Shown here in pieces: positions 18,224-28,314 of a DNA stretch of 64,000 bases. The notes below the pieces were generated by a model that saw only the letters and a program-made list of their open reading frames with translations, had not been told where the DNA came from and made no database searches. The position numbers and the translations under genes were made by a program. Numbering within the stretch: the first letter of the stretch is position 1; every line of letters starts with the position of its first letter. This DNA comes from Anaerolineae bacterium (GTDB lineage: Bacteria; Desulfobacterota; Desulfobacteria; Desulfobacterales; ETH-SRB1): positions 17,807 through 81,806 of the forward strand of contig DATKWZ010000013.1 of NCBI GenBank assembly GCA_035529315.1, read 5' to 3'.

Positions 18224-18329
18224 ACCTTAACAGGTCAGCCACAAAGACACCTGATTGCGAATTTAGAGATTTAGAAATTGATCCGCCTGCAGCGTGATTT
18301 TAATCCCTCAATCCCTTAATCCCCTAATC

Positions 18330-19097
18330 CTAATCCCGATAAGGTATCCTTATCAAAATAACATTAAAGCCCGACTCATATGTAATATGAAAAAGAGTAT
18401 CATACTTCCTCAGGAGAAATAGGGTGTGTAATAATCTTTTATCTTTATCCGGGCCATTAAGGGGATAGCAGTCTGAACTCCAGTTTTCGATTAGTTCTTT
18501 TATTTGGATTTCGGGAATGGGAGCTCCGGTATCCTCGATTTTGACATATACATGTGAATCATCATGGCCTGTAGAGACAATCAGCTCCTTTAATTCGCTG
18601 TCTTTCATGGCATTTACCGAATGTCTGATTATTGAGGACAGAAAAATGGAATAATCGGCTTTTACTCCTGATATTTCCGGAATTTCCCTGTCCAATACCA
18701 GTTTCTTTTTAATATTATACTTAACATCCGGGTAAAACTGAAGGAATTTCATTTCAGCCTCTACAAGCTCGGATAAATTGATTTTTTGGGAGACAGTGTC
18801 GGCCAGCCTCTGAAATTTTCCTGCCACATCATTAAACAGGCTGAAAAATCTGTCCGCTTCCTTTGCAATCAAACCAGCATCACAAATTATCTTTTTGCAG
18901 CCTTCCAGGATCTCAGCATCTATGTTGTCGTTATTATTTACAATAAGTTTAAGACGCTCTGCCCTCCTCTGCAAAAGCTCAGAACGACCCAAAATCCCAT
19001 TTAAGGAGTTGGAAAAGTCGTGAAGAATGCCGGGAATAAGCTCCATGAGATAACTATTTAACATATCAACATGTTCTCTGTGGGCTAAGAGGTGCAA
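18330..19097 (-). CDS. Sensor-less cytoplasmic histidine-kinase-like protein (DHp + degenerate ATPase domain)
   Basis: H-box GILHDFSNSLNGILGRSELL. N-box-like IIRHSVNAMKDS. G1-like IEDTGAPIP. I can see no G2 (GxGLG). No TM or sensor domain. The track start 19097 is a TTG; ATG 19064 (MLNSYL) is an alternative. Confidence 0.65.
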   Translation of the reverse strand: MHLLAHREHVDMLNSYLMELIPGILHDFSNSLNGILGRSELLQRRAERLKLIVNNNDNIDAEILEGCKKIICDAGLIAKEADRFFSLFNDVAGKFQRLADTVSQKINLSELVEAEMKFLQFYPDVKYNIKKKLVLDREIPEISGVKADYSIFLSSIIRHSVNAMKDSELKELIVSTGHDDSHVYVKIEDTGAPIPEIQIKELIENWSSDCYPLNGPDKDKRLLHTLFLLRKYDTLFHITYESGFNVILIRIPYRD

Positions 19098-19144
19098 AAA
19101 TAACTTTTTATGAGTTTATCAACTTTGAGCTTTCAGCTTTGTGG

Positions 19145-19606
19145 TTACAATAAAATAAACTTGGTAAAGTACACATTTTTTATTATTTCATCACTCATAA
19201 AACTATTCAAGGCAATTTTAATTTTTTCTTTTAAGCTTCTCCTGATTTCGTACAAATCGGAAAGCTCTTTTAATGTGTTATATATGATCTTTCTCAACTC
19301 GATCCTCTCTTGCGGCAGTTTCATCCCTTGATTCAGCTCAACAACCACATCACAAACCAGAATCCTGTCTTTCCTCTGATTATCTTTAAAATAAATAATA
19401 AAGTCATTAAAATATTCGAACCTTTCTTCCATGAAAGCAGTCACCGGCAAACTTTTCTTCACAGAGTCTATCGGCCCCTGACCATCTAACCCTATGATCT
19501 TCTGCCCTTCCGCCCCCTGACCATTGGCAGAACCGCCGCCTGCAAACAACACAATGCACAGGCATACGACCATCAGCGCCTTTTTGTAATATCCGGTAAT
19601 AACCAT
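19145..19606 (-). CDS. FliL-like paralogue
   Basis: 153 aa with an N-terminal signal/anchor. FNDFIIYFKDNQRKDRILVCDVVVELNQ ... IKNVYFTKFILL parallels the canonical FliL at 29864-30358 (LVINLMDDNGERYLKAVIQIEV ... VRRVYFTEFLIQ). Confidence 0.55.
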   Translation of the reverse strand: MVITGYYKKALMVVCLCIVLFAGGGSANGQGAEGQKIIGLDGQGPIDSVKKSLPVTAFMEERFEYFNDFIIYFKDNQRKDRILVCDVVVELNQGMKLPQERIELRKIIYNTLKELSDLYEIRRSLKEKIKIALNSFMSDEIIKNVYFTKFILL

Positions 19607-19624
19607 TTGATTAAGTATTCTGTT

Positions 19625-20404
19625 TCATAATTTCGGTGACGGAATCGCTAACCCCGTCGCTGAAGCGGGACTACGGGGAATGTGCTCTCTATTGCGGTTC
19701 AAGACGCCCTTTAGTCTCAGTATTGCCTGGGAGTGGATCTGACAGACTCTTGATTCCGTTAATTCCAAGGTCAGACCTATTTCCTTTAATGTTAACTCCT
19801 CATAATAATAGAGGGACAACACCAGTTTCTCTTTTTCGGGAAGTGAATCTATCGCATTCTTCAATATGTTTTTAAGTTCCATGTCGGCAAGAATGGAAAA
19901 AGGATTGTTTTGATCAATTTTTTCCAAAACATCATGCCTGCCGTATTTTTCACAGTAGCTCGGCGGCAAATCATCCTTGCTCAGAATACAGACACCTCTT
20001 GCTTCATCAAGAAGTTTATAATAATTTTCAAGTGATATGCCGAGATAATGCGAAATCTCTTCATCAGATGGATGACATCCGAACTTTTTCCGCAACACCT
20101 CAAGCGCATCTTCAAGCATTGTTTCTTTGCTTCTAACCGATCTTGGCACATCATCTCTTGATCTTAACTCATCTAATACAGCCCCCCTAATCCTGAACTG
20201 TGCGTATGTTTCAAACCGCACATTCTTTGTTTCGTCAAATTTTTCCAGCGCCGACATCAATCCAATTATGCCGGCGCTGATTAAATCGTCTTTACTCACA
20301 TGATCGGGGAGTCTCATGGCAATCCTCCCGACAATGTTCTTAACAAGAGGCACATATTTAATTATCAGTTTTTCACGCTTTTTTTTATCAGTCATTTTTG
20401 TCAA
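19625..20404 (-). CDS. fliA: Flagellar sigma factor FliA (sigma-28)
   Basis: 259 aa. Region 2 (LISAGIIGLMSALEKFD, FETYAQFRIRGAVLDELR). Region 4 HTH (LSLYYYEELTLKEIGLTLELTESRVCQIHSQAILRL). Confidence 0.95.
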   Translation of the reverse strand: MTKMTDKKKREKLIIKYVPLVKNIVGRIAMRLPDHVSKDDLISAGIIGLMSALEKFDETKNVRFETYAQFRIRGAVLDELRSRDDVPRSVRSKETMLEDALEVLRKKFGCHPSDEEISHYLGISLENYYKLLDEARGVCILSKDDLPPSYCEKYGRHDVLEKIDQNNPFSILADMELKNILKNAIDSLPEKEKLVLSLYYYEELTLKEIGLTLELTESRVCQIHSQAILRLKGVLNRNREHIPRSPASATGLAIPSPKL

Positions 20405-20523
20405 GAAAAGATCCTCAGGTAGATAGGCTGAAGGCTGTAGGCTTTTAGTAGAAAGGCTCTATCTCAAGCGTATGCTTGGCGATACTTCAACCTAACAGCC
20501 TACAGCCTAAACAACCTTTTTAG

Positions 20524-21387
20524 TTATGACCTTCCAAAAAATTTAATAGTCCCGTTTTCATAATCTTCCGGCGGTTTCAAGCACAACTTCTCGATAATTT
20601 TATACATGCTTTTACTCGCCTTTGAATCAGAAAAAATCTCTGTCAGCAGTCTTTGTCTCCTCACCGCTTTTGAAACATTTTGATCATAAGGTATATATCC
20701 CAGATACTCGATTGGAAGATCAAGGAAATGATTCGCTGCATTGCTCAACCTCGTATAAACCTCTGTGGCTTCATTTGAATCCCTAACCATGTTGACAATC
20801 AGCTTAAAGCACTTTGCTTTATAGGTTTGATAAAGTATTTTGATTAAGGCGTAAGCATCCGTCAATGAAGTGGGTTCAGGTGAAACAACTACAATAATTT
20901 CCCTGGCTGCCATATTAAAATACATGACATTGTCGGCAATTCCGGCAGCTGTATCAATAAGCATAAAATCGAAGTCTTCAGCCAGTCCATCCATCTCCTC
21001 CAGAAGGGTGAACTTTTGCCCTTTTGACAGCTCAGCCATCCCGGGAATTCCTGAAGACGCCGGCAGAATCTTGATGCCTCCGGGGCCTTCGATAACAGCC
21101 TCAGACAGGGTTTTTTCGCCGTTAAGGACGTGGTATAAATTATATTTCGGGGTAATTCCAAGGATCACATCTATGTTGGCCAACCCTGTATCAGCATCGA
21201 GCAGCAAGATTCTTTTCCCCATCTTCGAAAAAATATATGCAAGGTTCACGGTTATATTTGTTTTCCCAACGCCCCCTTTGCCGCTGGTAATAGAGATAAC
21301 GCGAGTATTGCGATTATATCTTTTTTGTTCAATTATCGGGGAACTCCCCTTTCTCTTCATTTCTCTCAACACTCCAGCCTGATCCAC
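20524..21387 (-). CDS. flhG: Flagellar number regulator FlhG (MinD/ParA-type ATPase; FleN/YlxH)
   Basis: 287 aa. N-terminal MDQAGVLREM (DQAxxLR FlhF-activating motif). Deviant Walker A SGKGGVGKTN. Directly downstream of flhF. Confidence 0.9.
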   Translation of the reverse strand: MDQAGVLREMKRKGSSPIIEQKRYNRNTRVISITSGKGGVGKTNITVNLAYIFSKMGKRILLLDADTGLANIDVILGITPKYNLYHVLNGEKTLSEAVIEGPGGIKILPASSGIPGMAELSKGQKFTLLEEMDGLAEDFDFMLIDTAAGIADNVMYFNMAAREIIVVVSPEPTSLTDAYALIKILYQTYKAKCFKLIVNMVRDSNEATEVYTRLSNAANHFLDLPIEYLGYIPYDQNVSKAVRRQRLLTEIFSDSKASKSMYKIIEKLCLKPPEDYENGTIKFFGRS

Positions 21388-21392
21388 TAAAA

Positions 21393-22535
21393 CTACCTCC
21401 CTGATCCATGACCCACTATCAGCCTTGCAAGCTTTGCAGGATCCATTTTATTTAAATCATGGGGAACGTTCTGGCCATTTGCGGTGTAGAACACCGGTTT
21501 GCCGACATGATCAATAACATTGTAGATTGAACCAAATTTTTTTGAATCATCCAGTTTTGTAAATATAATGTTGTTATAATCTATAATATCAAATCGTGCC
21601 GCGGCATCCATCATGCTCTCCTGGCTTGATGTCATGCTTAAAACAAGATTCGTTTCCAGAGGGAGACCCATCGTCAGATATTCCTTTAATTTCAATAAAT
21701 AACTTTCATCACCACGACTCTTCCCCGGTGTATCTATAAGTATGGTATCTTTGTCGGCAAACTTATTCAAAACTCTCTCTAAGCCATTCTTTTCAGAAGC
21801 AACCTCCATGGGGACACCCATGATATCCGCATATTTTTTCAGTTGTTCCACCGCGCCTATCCGATATGTATCCGTGGTTATGATGCCCACGCTTAGTTTT
21901 TCTTTAAATAAAGAGCGTGCCGCCAGCTTTGCCAGGGTTGTTGTTTTTCCATCACCCGCAGGACCGACAAAGGCGGAAATCCTCTTTTTCCCCGTATTCC
22001 TCGTATTCTTATAAGAAGAAGCAATAGATCGTTTCATAATATTCTCAACAGCAGCCAGAGTATAATGATGGTTTTCCGGAGCTTCCGTCGAGCCATCGTT
22101 ATTTAACTCTTCTATTAATGCGCAGGCGCATTGTTTTGATACGCCTGTCGAAATCAGGTAATAATAAACTTTTGACAGAGAAGACGAAACTCTTCCATTG
22201 TTTTGAATGCCAAGAACATCGAACAGAAGACCCATTGTCTCCTTTATCTCAGTCAACTCGGCATAAACGCCCCCCTGTTTTTTGAAATCCATAATAAAGG
22301 ACTTTAACTCATTAACATCCGATCTGATTATTGAGAACGTATCCGGTCCCTCTTTTTCGCATTTTTCAGCTTCACTTTCTTTCGAAACTTCAGAATTATT
22401 ATCCCTGGCGGCAATCACCTCGAGTCTGCCCTTCAATCTTCTGCTGGAAAGCACTATGGCGTCCTGGCCCATATCCGCCTTTATCTTCTTCATAGCCTCA
22501 TTTATACTCAGCGCATCGTATCTTTTAATCTGCAT
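21393..22535 (-). CDS. flhF: Flagellar biosynthesis SRP-type GTPase FlhF
   Basis: 380 aa. G1 FVGPAGDGKTTTLAKLA, DTYRIGAVEQL, G3 LIDTPG, TKLDD. Confidence 0.9.
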   Translation of the reverse strand: MQIKRYDALSINEAMKKIKADMGQDAIVLSSRRLKGRLEVIAARDNNSEVSKESEAEKCEKEGPDTFSIIRSDVNELKSFIMDFKKQGGVYAELTEIKETMGLLFDVLGIQNNGRVSSSLSKVYYYLISTGVSKQCACALIEELNNDGSTEAPENHHYTLAAVENIMKRSIASSYKNTRNTGKKRISAFVGPAGDGKTTTLAKLAARSLFKEKLSVGIITTDTYRIGAVEQLKKYADIMGVPMEVASEKNGLERVLNKFADKDTILIDTPGKSRGDESYLLKLKEYLTMGLPLETNLVLSMTSSQESMMDAAARFDIIDYNNIIFTKLDDSKKFGSIYNVIDHVGKPVFYTANGQNVPHDLNKMDPAKLARLIVGHGSGR

Positions 22536-24609
22536 CTTTTGCCGCCAGCATACCCAGAGATTTGATATTTACATCACGAATAATTTCGTTGTGGGAAAGA
22601 ACAACGATATTGGGGAAAAAATTTTCCAGTATCTTGCTTAAATATCCCCTGACATTTGGCGAGCAGAGAATAATCGGCGGCAGGCCTTTGTCGCTAAAGT
22701 TTTTGATAAACTTCTTGAGATTGAATGCAAGCTCTTGTATCAGGGTCGGATCAGCCGCAACAAATGATTCATATTCCGTATGCTGAACAGACTTATTAAT
22801 TCTGTCCTCAATATCGGGAGAAACCATAATAACGGTTATATTCCCATCCGCGTCCTTATATTCTTCTGTTATCCTCCTGGCCAGGGCCTGCCGTGCATAT
22901 CCTGTTAACGTGTCGACATTTTTTGTCAAAGGCGCATAATCCGCCAGTGTTTCCAGTATTGTAAGAAAGTCGCGGATAGAAATCCTCTCCTTCAGGAGCC
23001 TTTGCAATACTTTCTGAAGCATGCCGAGCGGAACGATTTTCGGAATAAGCTCCTCTACGACTCTGGGATGGCTCACTGCCAGACTATCCAGCAAAGACTG
23101 AACTTCCTGTCTGCCTAACAGTTCATCTGCATGTGTTTTTACAATTTCAGTCAAATGGGTCGTAATAACAGAGGCCGGATCGACAACAACAAAACCCTTT
23201 GCTTGAACCGATTCTTTTTCTTTTTCATCTATCCAGACGGCAGGCAGGCCGAAAGCAGGTTCCCTTGCCTTAATTCCCGTTATTTTTACACCTTCATTTC
23301 CTGCAGTTATTGCCAGGTACTTACCTATATGTATTTCTCCTCTGGCTGCTTCAACCCCTTTCAGTTTAAAAACATATTCATCGGGCTTTATCTGCAGATT
23401 GTCTCTTATATGCACGGGAGGCATGACAAAGCCCATTTCAATGGCCATCTGCCTTCTCAACGCCTTGATTCTCTCAAGCAATTCACCGCCCTGTCCCGCG
23501 TCAACAAGAGGTATCAAACTGTATCCCATCTCAAGTTCAAGGGCATCAAGGGGCAAAAGAGCTTCTATGGATTCCTCCACCGCTTTAGCCGGCTGCTTTT
23601 CCTTCGTTTCCTTGATTTTCTTTGACGATTTAAAGGTTCTATATGCAATAACTCCAAAAACAAGAGAAATGGCCAGAAAAGATATCTTGGGCATGCCTGG
23701 AATCAGACCAAATATCAATATGATAGCAGAAGCCGTGGCAATCACCTTTGGCTTGGCAAAGAGCTGTCCTCCTACCTCACTGCCCAAATCAGATGAGGCT
23801 GTAGACCTGGAGACAAGCATGCCGGCGGCAGTCGATACAATCAGCGCCGGAATCTGCGTTACCAGCCCATCACCCACTGTAAGAAGCGTATAGATGCGAG
23901 CAGCATCCGCTATAGACATGCCCCGCTGCAGTACGCCGACAACCAAACCACCAAAAATATTTATCATGGTGATAAGAATTCCCGCGATTGCATCTCCCCT
24001 GACGAACTTGCCGGCCCCATCCATTGCGCCATAAAAATTTGATTCCAGCCCAATTTCACGCCGCCTGCTTCTCGCCTCTGAATCTGTAATCAGCCCTGCA
24101 TTAAGATCCGCGTCGATGCTCATCTGTTTTCCGGGCATCGCATCCAGGGTAAATCTTGCCGCCACTTCGGCTATCCTTGTAGCGCCCTTGGTTATAACAA
24201 TAAAATTAATCAGGACAAGCACCAGAAATACTATAAACCCAACCACATAATTACCGCCGACAACAAAGGCGCCGAATGCCTTGATGACCTGCCCTGCAGC
24301 CCCTGTGCCCTCATTGCCGTGGAGAAGTATAAGACGCGTGGAAGCCACATTAAGGGACAAACGAAGCAAAGTAGCGATTAAAAGAATGGATGGAAAAACT
24401 GAAAAATCAATAGGTTTCAGTGTATAAACGGAAACCAGCAGTATGGTTAGAGAAAAAGTGATGCTGAAGGAGAGGAGAATATCAAGAATAAAGGGATGTA
24501 CGGGTATCATCATGATCAGAAGGATACCTGCTATCCCTATGGCCATCGCGGTAGTACCACCTTTAAACATATCGGCAAAATTATCGGTTTTAACGTAAGA
24601 ATCAGCCAT
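22525..24609 (-). CDS. flhA: Flagellar export gate protein FlhA
   Basis: ~694 aa. Polytopic N-domain. Conserved GAMDGAGKFVRGDAIAGI. Large cytoplasmic C-domain. ATG at 24609 is preferred; the track start 24633 is a TTG inside repeat sequence. Confidence 0.95.
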   Translation of the reverse strand: MADSYVKTDNFADMFKGGTTAMAIGIAGILLIMMIPVHPFILDILLSFSITFSLTILLVSVYTLKPIDFSVFPSILLIATLLRLSLNVASTRLILLHGNEGTGAAGQVIKAFGAFVVGGNYVVGFIVFLVLVLINFIVITKGATRIAEVAARFTLDAMPGKQMSIDADLNAGLITDSEARSRRREIGLESNFYGAMDGAGKFVRGDAIAGILITMINIFGGLVVGVLQRGMSIADAARIYTLLTVGDGLVTQIPALIVSTAAGMLVSRSTASSDLGSEVGGQLFAKPKVIATASAIILIFGLIPGMPKISFLAISLVFGVIAYRTFKSSKKIKETKEKQPAKAVEESIEALLPLDALELEMGYSLIPLVDAGQGGELLERIKALRRQMAIEMGFVMPPVHIRDNLQIKPDEYVFKLKGVEAARGEIHIGKYLAITAGNEGVKITGIKAREPAFGLPAVWIDEKEKESVQAKGFVVVDPASVITTHLTEIVKTHADELLGRQEVQSLLDSLAVSHPRVVEELIPKIVPLGMLQKVLQRLLKERISIRDFLTILETLADYAPLTKNVDTLTGYARQALARRITEEYKDADGNITVIMVSPDIEDRINKSVQHTEYESFVAADPTLIQELAFNLKKFIKNFSDKGLPPIILCSPNVRGYLSKILENFFPNIVVLSHNEIIRDVNIKSLGMLAAKDAD

Positions 24610-24725
24610 TTTTAATCCACATTTACGGTTCAAGGTTCAGGGTTTAGGGTTCAAGGTTCAGGGTTACTGGTTGTTGGTTCTCTGATATCTAATCTTCTCA
24701 CCTTCTCACCCTCCGACCTCTAACC

Positions 24726-25790
24726 TCAACGACTCTTCATGCTGTAAACAAATGCCAGTACTTCAGCAACCGCCCTGTACAAATTTGCCGGTATCATCTC
24801 ATCCACCTCCACCTTCTTATACAATACTCGTGCCAGAGGCTTGTTATCAACAATGGGCACATTGTTTTTCCTGGCAATATCTTTTATATTCTCAGCTATG
24901 AAACCAGCCCCTTTAGCAACCACCTTCGGCGCAGACGTGCTTGTCTGATCATAGCTAAGCGCCACGGCAAGATGGGTGGGATTGGTTATAACCACATCCG
25001 CTTCAGGAACGCTTGCCATCATTCTTTTTCTGGCCGCATCTCTCTGAAGACGCTTTATTTTTGCCTTTACGAGGGGATCTCCTTCTGCCTGCCTGAATTC
25101 ATCTTTTACCTCCTGTTTTGACATTTTAAGATTTTTTTCATATTCCCACTTCTGATAAATATAATCTAAAACAGCAAGAATTATAAGCACAAGGCAAACT
25201 CTGAGAATAATCTTGAAGGCAACCCAGCCGATGTAAATCAATATTCCCCACACGCTCTGGTCCGGCAACGGAATAAAATTCTCTATTTCCCCCTTGATAG
25301 TCACATAAGCAACAAAACCGACTATTGAAATCTTAAATATACTTTTTGCCAGTTCCACAAGGGACCTGATTGAAAACAGTTTCTGGAATCCCTTAATCGG
25401 ATCAATCTTTGACAGTTTCGGCTGCACCGATTCTGCGGAAAGCACAAAACCCACCTGCATGTAATTGGCAAGCAACGCCATGGAAAATGCAGTCGTAAGA
25501 AGAGGGAAAAGCATGGCAAAAATCTTATACACAAGGTTGGTTGAAAGATGCTGAATATTATCGCAATTAACATGGAATTCACCTGCCTGGGCGAGCGACC
25601 ACCTTGTAAAAGCCATCATTTTTTCGACTAAAGCGGAAGAACCAAACCAGAAGAAGACCAGACACGCCAGCAGAACCGCCACAGATGCAACCTCCCGGCT
25701 TTTTGCAACCTGGCCCTGCTTTCTCGCCTTTTCCCGTTTCTTGGGAGTAGCCCGCTCTGTCCTTTCCTGATCTTTATTCTGTTCAGCCAT
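24726..25790 (-). CDS. flhB: Flagellar export switch protein FlhB
   Basis: 354 aa. Four TM segments. Autocleavage motif VVITNPTHLAVAL. C-terminal LYRAVAEVLAFVY. Confidence 0.95.
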   Translation of the reverse strand: MAEQNKDQERTERATPKKREKARKQGQVAKSREVASVAVLLACLVFFWFGSSALVEKMMAFTRWSLAQAGEFHVNCDNIQHLSTNLVYKIFAMLFPLLTTAFSMALLANYMQVGFVLSAESVQPKLSKIDPIKGFQKLFSIRSLVELAKSIFKISIVGFVAYVTIKGEIENFIPLPDQSVWGILIYIGWVAFKIILRVCLVLIILAVLDYIYQKWEYEKNLKMSKQEVKDEFRQAEGDPLVKAKIKRLQRDAARKRMMASVPEADVVITNPTHLAVALSYDQTSTSAPKVVAKGAGFIAENIKDIARKNNVPIVDNKPLARVLYKKVEVDEMIPANLYRAVAEVLAFVYSMKSR

Positions 25791-25807
25791 AATTTTTAGT
25801 TGTCAGG

Positions 25808-25880
25808 GGTCGGGGATCAGGTTTCACGGGTAACTCGTTCCCGCGCTCCCCCGATCCCTGACCCCCGACCATTCCCTGAC
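25808..25880. repeat. Hairpin built from repeat words in the fliR/flhB gap
   Basis: gtcaggggtcggggatcagg ... cccccgatccctgacccccgac, an imperfect inverted repeat around a ~30-nt loop. Confidence 0.75.
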
Positions 25881-25898
25881 GCTTGTGTCAAAAAATCC

Positions 25899-26669
25899 TC
25901 ACATTAAATGGAAAAGCAGGTTCAGCTTGTCTCCAAAATCCAGGAAAATACTGCCCACCATTCTTGCAAAAACGGGAAGAGCAAGTCCGATACATATAAG
26001 CCCCACAGCTATTTTCAAAGGAAATCCAACGATAAGTATATTAATCTGGGGAACGGTCCTGGCAATCAATCCAAAACCGATACTTATCATCAAAAGCATG
26101 GCGATAACCGGAGCTCCTGTCTTAATCGCAACGATAAAAATATCTTTTGAAAACTCAACCATTGCCTGCATTAATTTTCCTGAAAAATGAAAACCCAGGA
26201 CAGGAACAATTCTGTAACTTTCAGCAATAGCGTATAAAAAGAGATGGTGACCATCAACAGCAAGAAATACCAGCATGGCAAGCAGATATTGAAGTTCAGC
26301 TATAATTGAAACCTGCGCGCTGGTTATTGGATCAAACACATTTACAATGGCAAAACCCATTTGAAAGCCTGCAAGCTGTCCTGCAAGCTGCACTCCGGCA
26401 AAGACCAGTCTGCCCACCAACCCTATAGTAACGCCAATCATAACTTCCCCGGCCATTCCCAATGCCAACGATAGAATATCAGGAGACAAGATATGGAGTT
26501 TAACAAAGGGGAAGAGGAGAAATACTATCATCAGAGACAGCCCGCCTTTTACCCTGACAGGGACAGTCGTGTTCCCTAAAATAGGCATGGTTGCTATAAT
26601 CGAAGTCACCCTGAGAAGTATAAAAATAAACGTCTCAACCTGTTCTGCGGTTATTTGCGGCATATTCAT
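25899..26669 (-). CDS. fliR: Flagellar export apparatus protein FliR
   Basis: 256-aa polytopic membrane protein between fliQ and flhB. N-terminal FIFILLRVTSIIATMPILG is typical of FliR. Confidence 0.9.
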   Translation of the reverse strand: MNMPQITAEQVETFIFILLRVTSIIATMPILGNTTVPVRVKGGLSLMIVFLLFPFVKLHILSPDILSLALGMAGEVMIGVTIGLVGRLVFAGVQLAGQLAGFQMGFAIVNVFDPITSAQVSIIAELQYLLAMLVFLAVDGHHLFLYAIAESYRIVPVLGFHFSGKLMQAMVEFSKDIFIVAIKTGAPVIAMLLMISIGFGLIARTVPQINILIVGFPLKIAVGLICIGLALPVFARMVGSIFLDFGDKLNLLFHLM

Positions 26670-26726
26670 GATTCAAAAGCAGAAGGTAAGAAGATGAAAA
26701 AATTAGTAAAGAGCTCAAAAACAAAA

Positions 26727-26817
26727 CTTCTCACCCTCTTCCTTTCTGCTCTTCCTACCCTCCTACCCTCTCACCCTCTCACCCTCTCACCCTCTCACCT
26801 CCTAATCCCTTAATCCC
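26727..26817. repeat. Tandem word array (ctcaccct)n in the fliQ/fliR gap
   Basis: cttctcaccctcttcc...ctaccctcctaccctctcaccctctcaccctctcaccctctcacctcctaatcccttaatccc. Confidence 0.9.
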
Positions 26818-27087
26818 TCACTTTATATACATCGGTATGGATTGAAAGAGTTTCTGTGTATAAGTAACCATAAGGTTGATCATCCATGGGAGCGCAATAA
26901 TGAGGCCCACCATAACGGCAACTATTTTAGGAACAAATGTCAATGTCATTTCCTGAATCTGAGTTACTGCCTGAAAGATGCTGACAATAAGGCCTACAGC
27001 AAGGCCCACTGTAAGCATGGGGGCTGCAAGCAGCAAGGTAACCTTTATGGCTTCGGCGGCCAGCCCAATAATCATATCAACAGTCAT
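26818..27087 (-). CDS. fliQ: Flagellar export apparatus protein FliQ
   Basis: 89 aa from ATG 27087 (MTVDMIIGLAAEAIKVTLLLAAPML...), preceded by AGGAGAGG. Two TM helices. The track ORF is 18 codons longer. Confidence 0.9.
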   Translation of the reverse strand: MTVDMIIGLAAEAIKVTLLLAAPMLTVGLAVGLIVSIFQAVTQIQEMTLTFVPKIVAVMVGLIIALPWMINLMVTYTQKLFQSIPMYIK

Positions 27088-27098
27088 GCGCACCTCTC

Positions 27099-27887
27099 CT
27101 AAACAAAACTTTGAACCAGTGAACCGATTACTAAATTCCACCCGTCAACCAGCACAAAAAGGAGTAGTTTGAACGGCAGGCTTATCATTACAGGTGGAAG
27201 CATCATCATTCCCATTGATAAAAGCACGCTGGCAATGACCATGTCCAGTATCAAAAAAGGAAGATAGATCATAAACCCGATTTGAAAAGCCGTCTTTAAT
27301 TCACTGATTACAAAGGCCGGCATTAATACGGGAAGTTTGATCTCATCGGGGTTTTTAGGCCTTTCCTCTCTTGAAATCTTGACAAAAAGGGCAATATCTT
27401 TTTCTCTGGCCTGTTTTAACATAAATTCCTTTATGGGCTGCGTTGCCAGGTCAAAGGCCCTTTCTGCCGATATCTCTTCATTAATATACGGCTGCAGCGC
27501 CCGCGAATTTATATCATTCCAGACCGGTGTCATGATAAAAAAGGTCAGGAAAAGAGCTAATCCAATGATAATCTGGTTTGCAGGCATCTGCTGCGTGCCA
27601 AGAGCATGTCTTAGAAGGGAAAGGACGACAACAATTCGAGTGAACGAAGTCAACATTACAAGTATTGCCGGGGCAAGAGAAAGTATTGTAAGAAGAAGCA
27701 GCAGTTGAATAACTACCGCTACCCTGCCTGGTTCATCACCACCGTCCCCGACATTCAAACTTATCGAGGGAACGGAAAATGATTGTCCCAACGAAGAGCC
27801 TGCAAAAAAAACAAGTCCCAAAATTACCAGGATGCATATAAGATATTTCCGGGTATCAAATCTTGATGGTCTCGTAAAAAGTGTCAA
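27099..27887 (-). CDS. fliP: Flagellar export apparatus protein FliP
   Basis: 262 aa. Conserved LTSFTRIVVVLSLLRHALGTQQMPANQIIIGLALFLTFFIM and FMIYLPFLILDMVIASVLLSMGMMMLPP. The first ~10 codons overlap a MITE-TIR-like word (gacactttttacgagaccatca). Confidence 0.95.
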   Translation of the reverse strand: MTLFTRPSRFDTRKYLICILVILGLVFFAGSSLGQSFSVPSISLNVGDGGDEPGRVAVVIQLLLLLTILSLAPAILVMLTSFTRIVVVLSLLRHALGTQQMPANQIIIGLALFLTFFIMTPVWNDINSRALQPYINEEISAERAFDLATQPIKEFMLKQAREKDIALFVKISREERPKNPDEIKLPVLMPAFVISELKTAFQIGFMIYLPFLILDMVIASVLLSMGMMMLPPVMISLPFKLLLFVLVDGWNLVIGSLVQSFV

Positions 27888-27941
27888 TTTATGACCTCGT
27901 TGAGTCGTTAAGTAACTGTTTACGGTTATGTGGTTTATCCG

Positions 27942-28310
27942 TCACTTCAACAATCTCTTCAAATAATCAGAAAAAGAGGCGCTTTTGCCTTTCTGCTCTT
28001 GAATATCTTTCAGTTGTTCAAGCGATTCAGAATCCACAATCTCCGTCAACAGGGATATCTTGCTGCTCGAAACGCCGATCACCATAATGTTGCCCAGCAC
28101 ATCAATAAGCATTATACTGCTCTTGGTCCCCAGGTATTTAGCAGATAAAATCTTTATCAATTCTCTGCCATTGATCCCCCCTTCTCCCTTTTTCATGATT
28201 TTTTTAAACAGATACGCGGCAACAATCATAATCCCCACCGTAACGGCAAGGGCAGATATTATTTTCAAAAGAGAGGGAAACAATTCCAGTGAATTCATGG
28301 CGCTCCTCAA
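27942..28310 (-). CDS. fliO: Flagellar biosynthesis protein FliO/FliZ
   Basis: 122 aa. Single TM LLKIISALAVTVGIMIVAAYLF. Followed by the LIKILSAKYLGTKSSIMLIDVLGNIMVIGVSS pattern. Position between fliN and fliP. Confidence 0.8.
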   Translation of the reverse strand: MRSAMNSLELFPSLLKIISALAVTVGIMIVAAYLFKKIMKKGEGGINGRELIKILSAKYLGTKSSIMLIDVLGNIMVIGVSSSKISLLTEIVDSESLEQLKDIQEQKGKSASFSDYLKRLLK

Positions 28311-28314
28311 ATAA

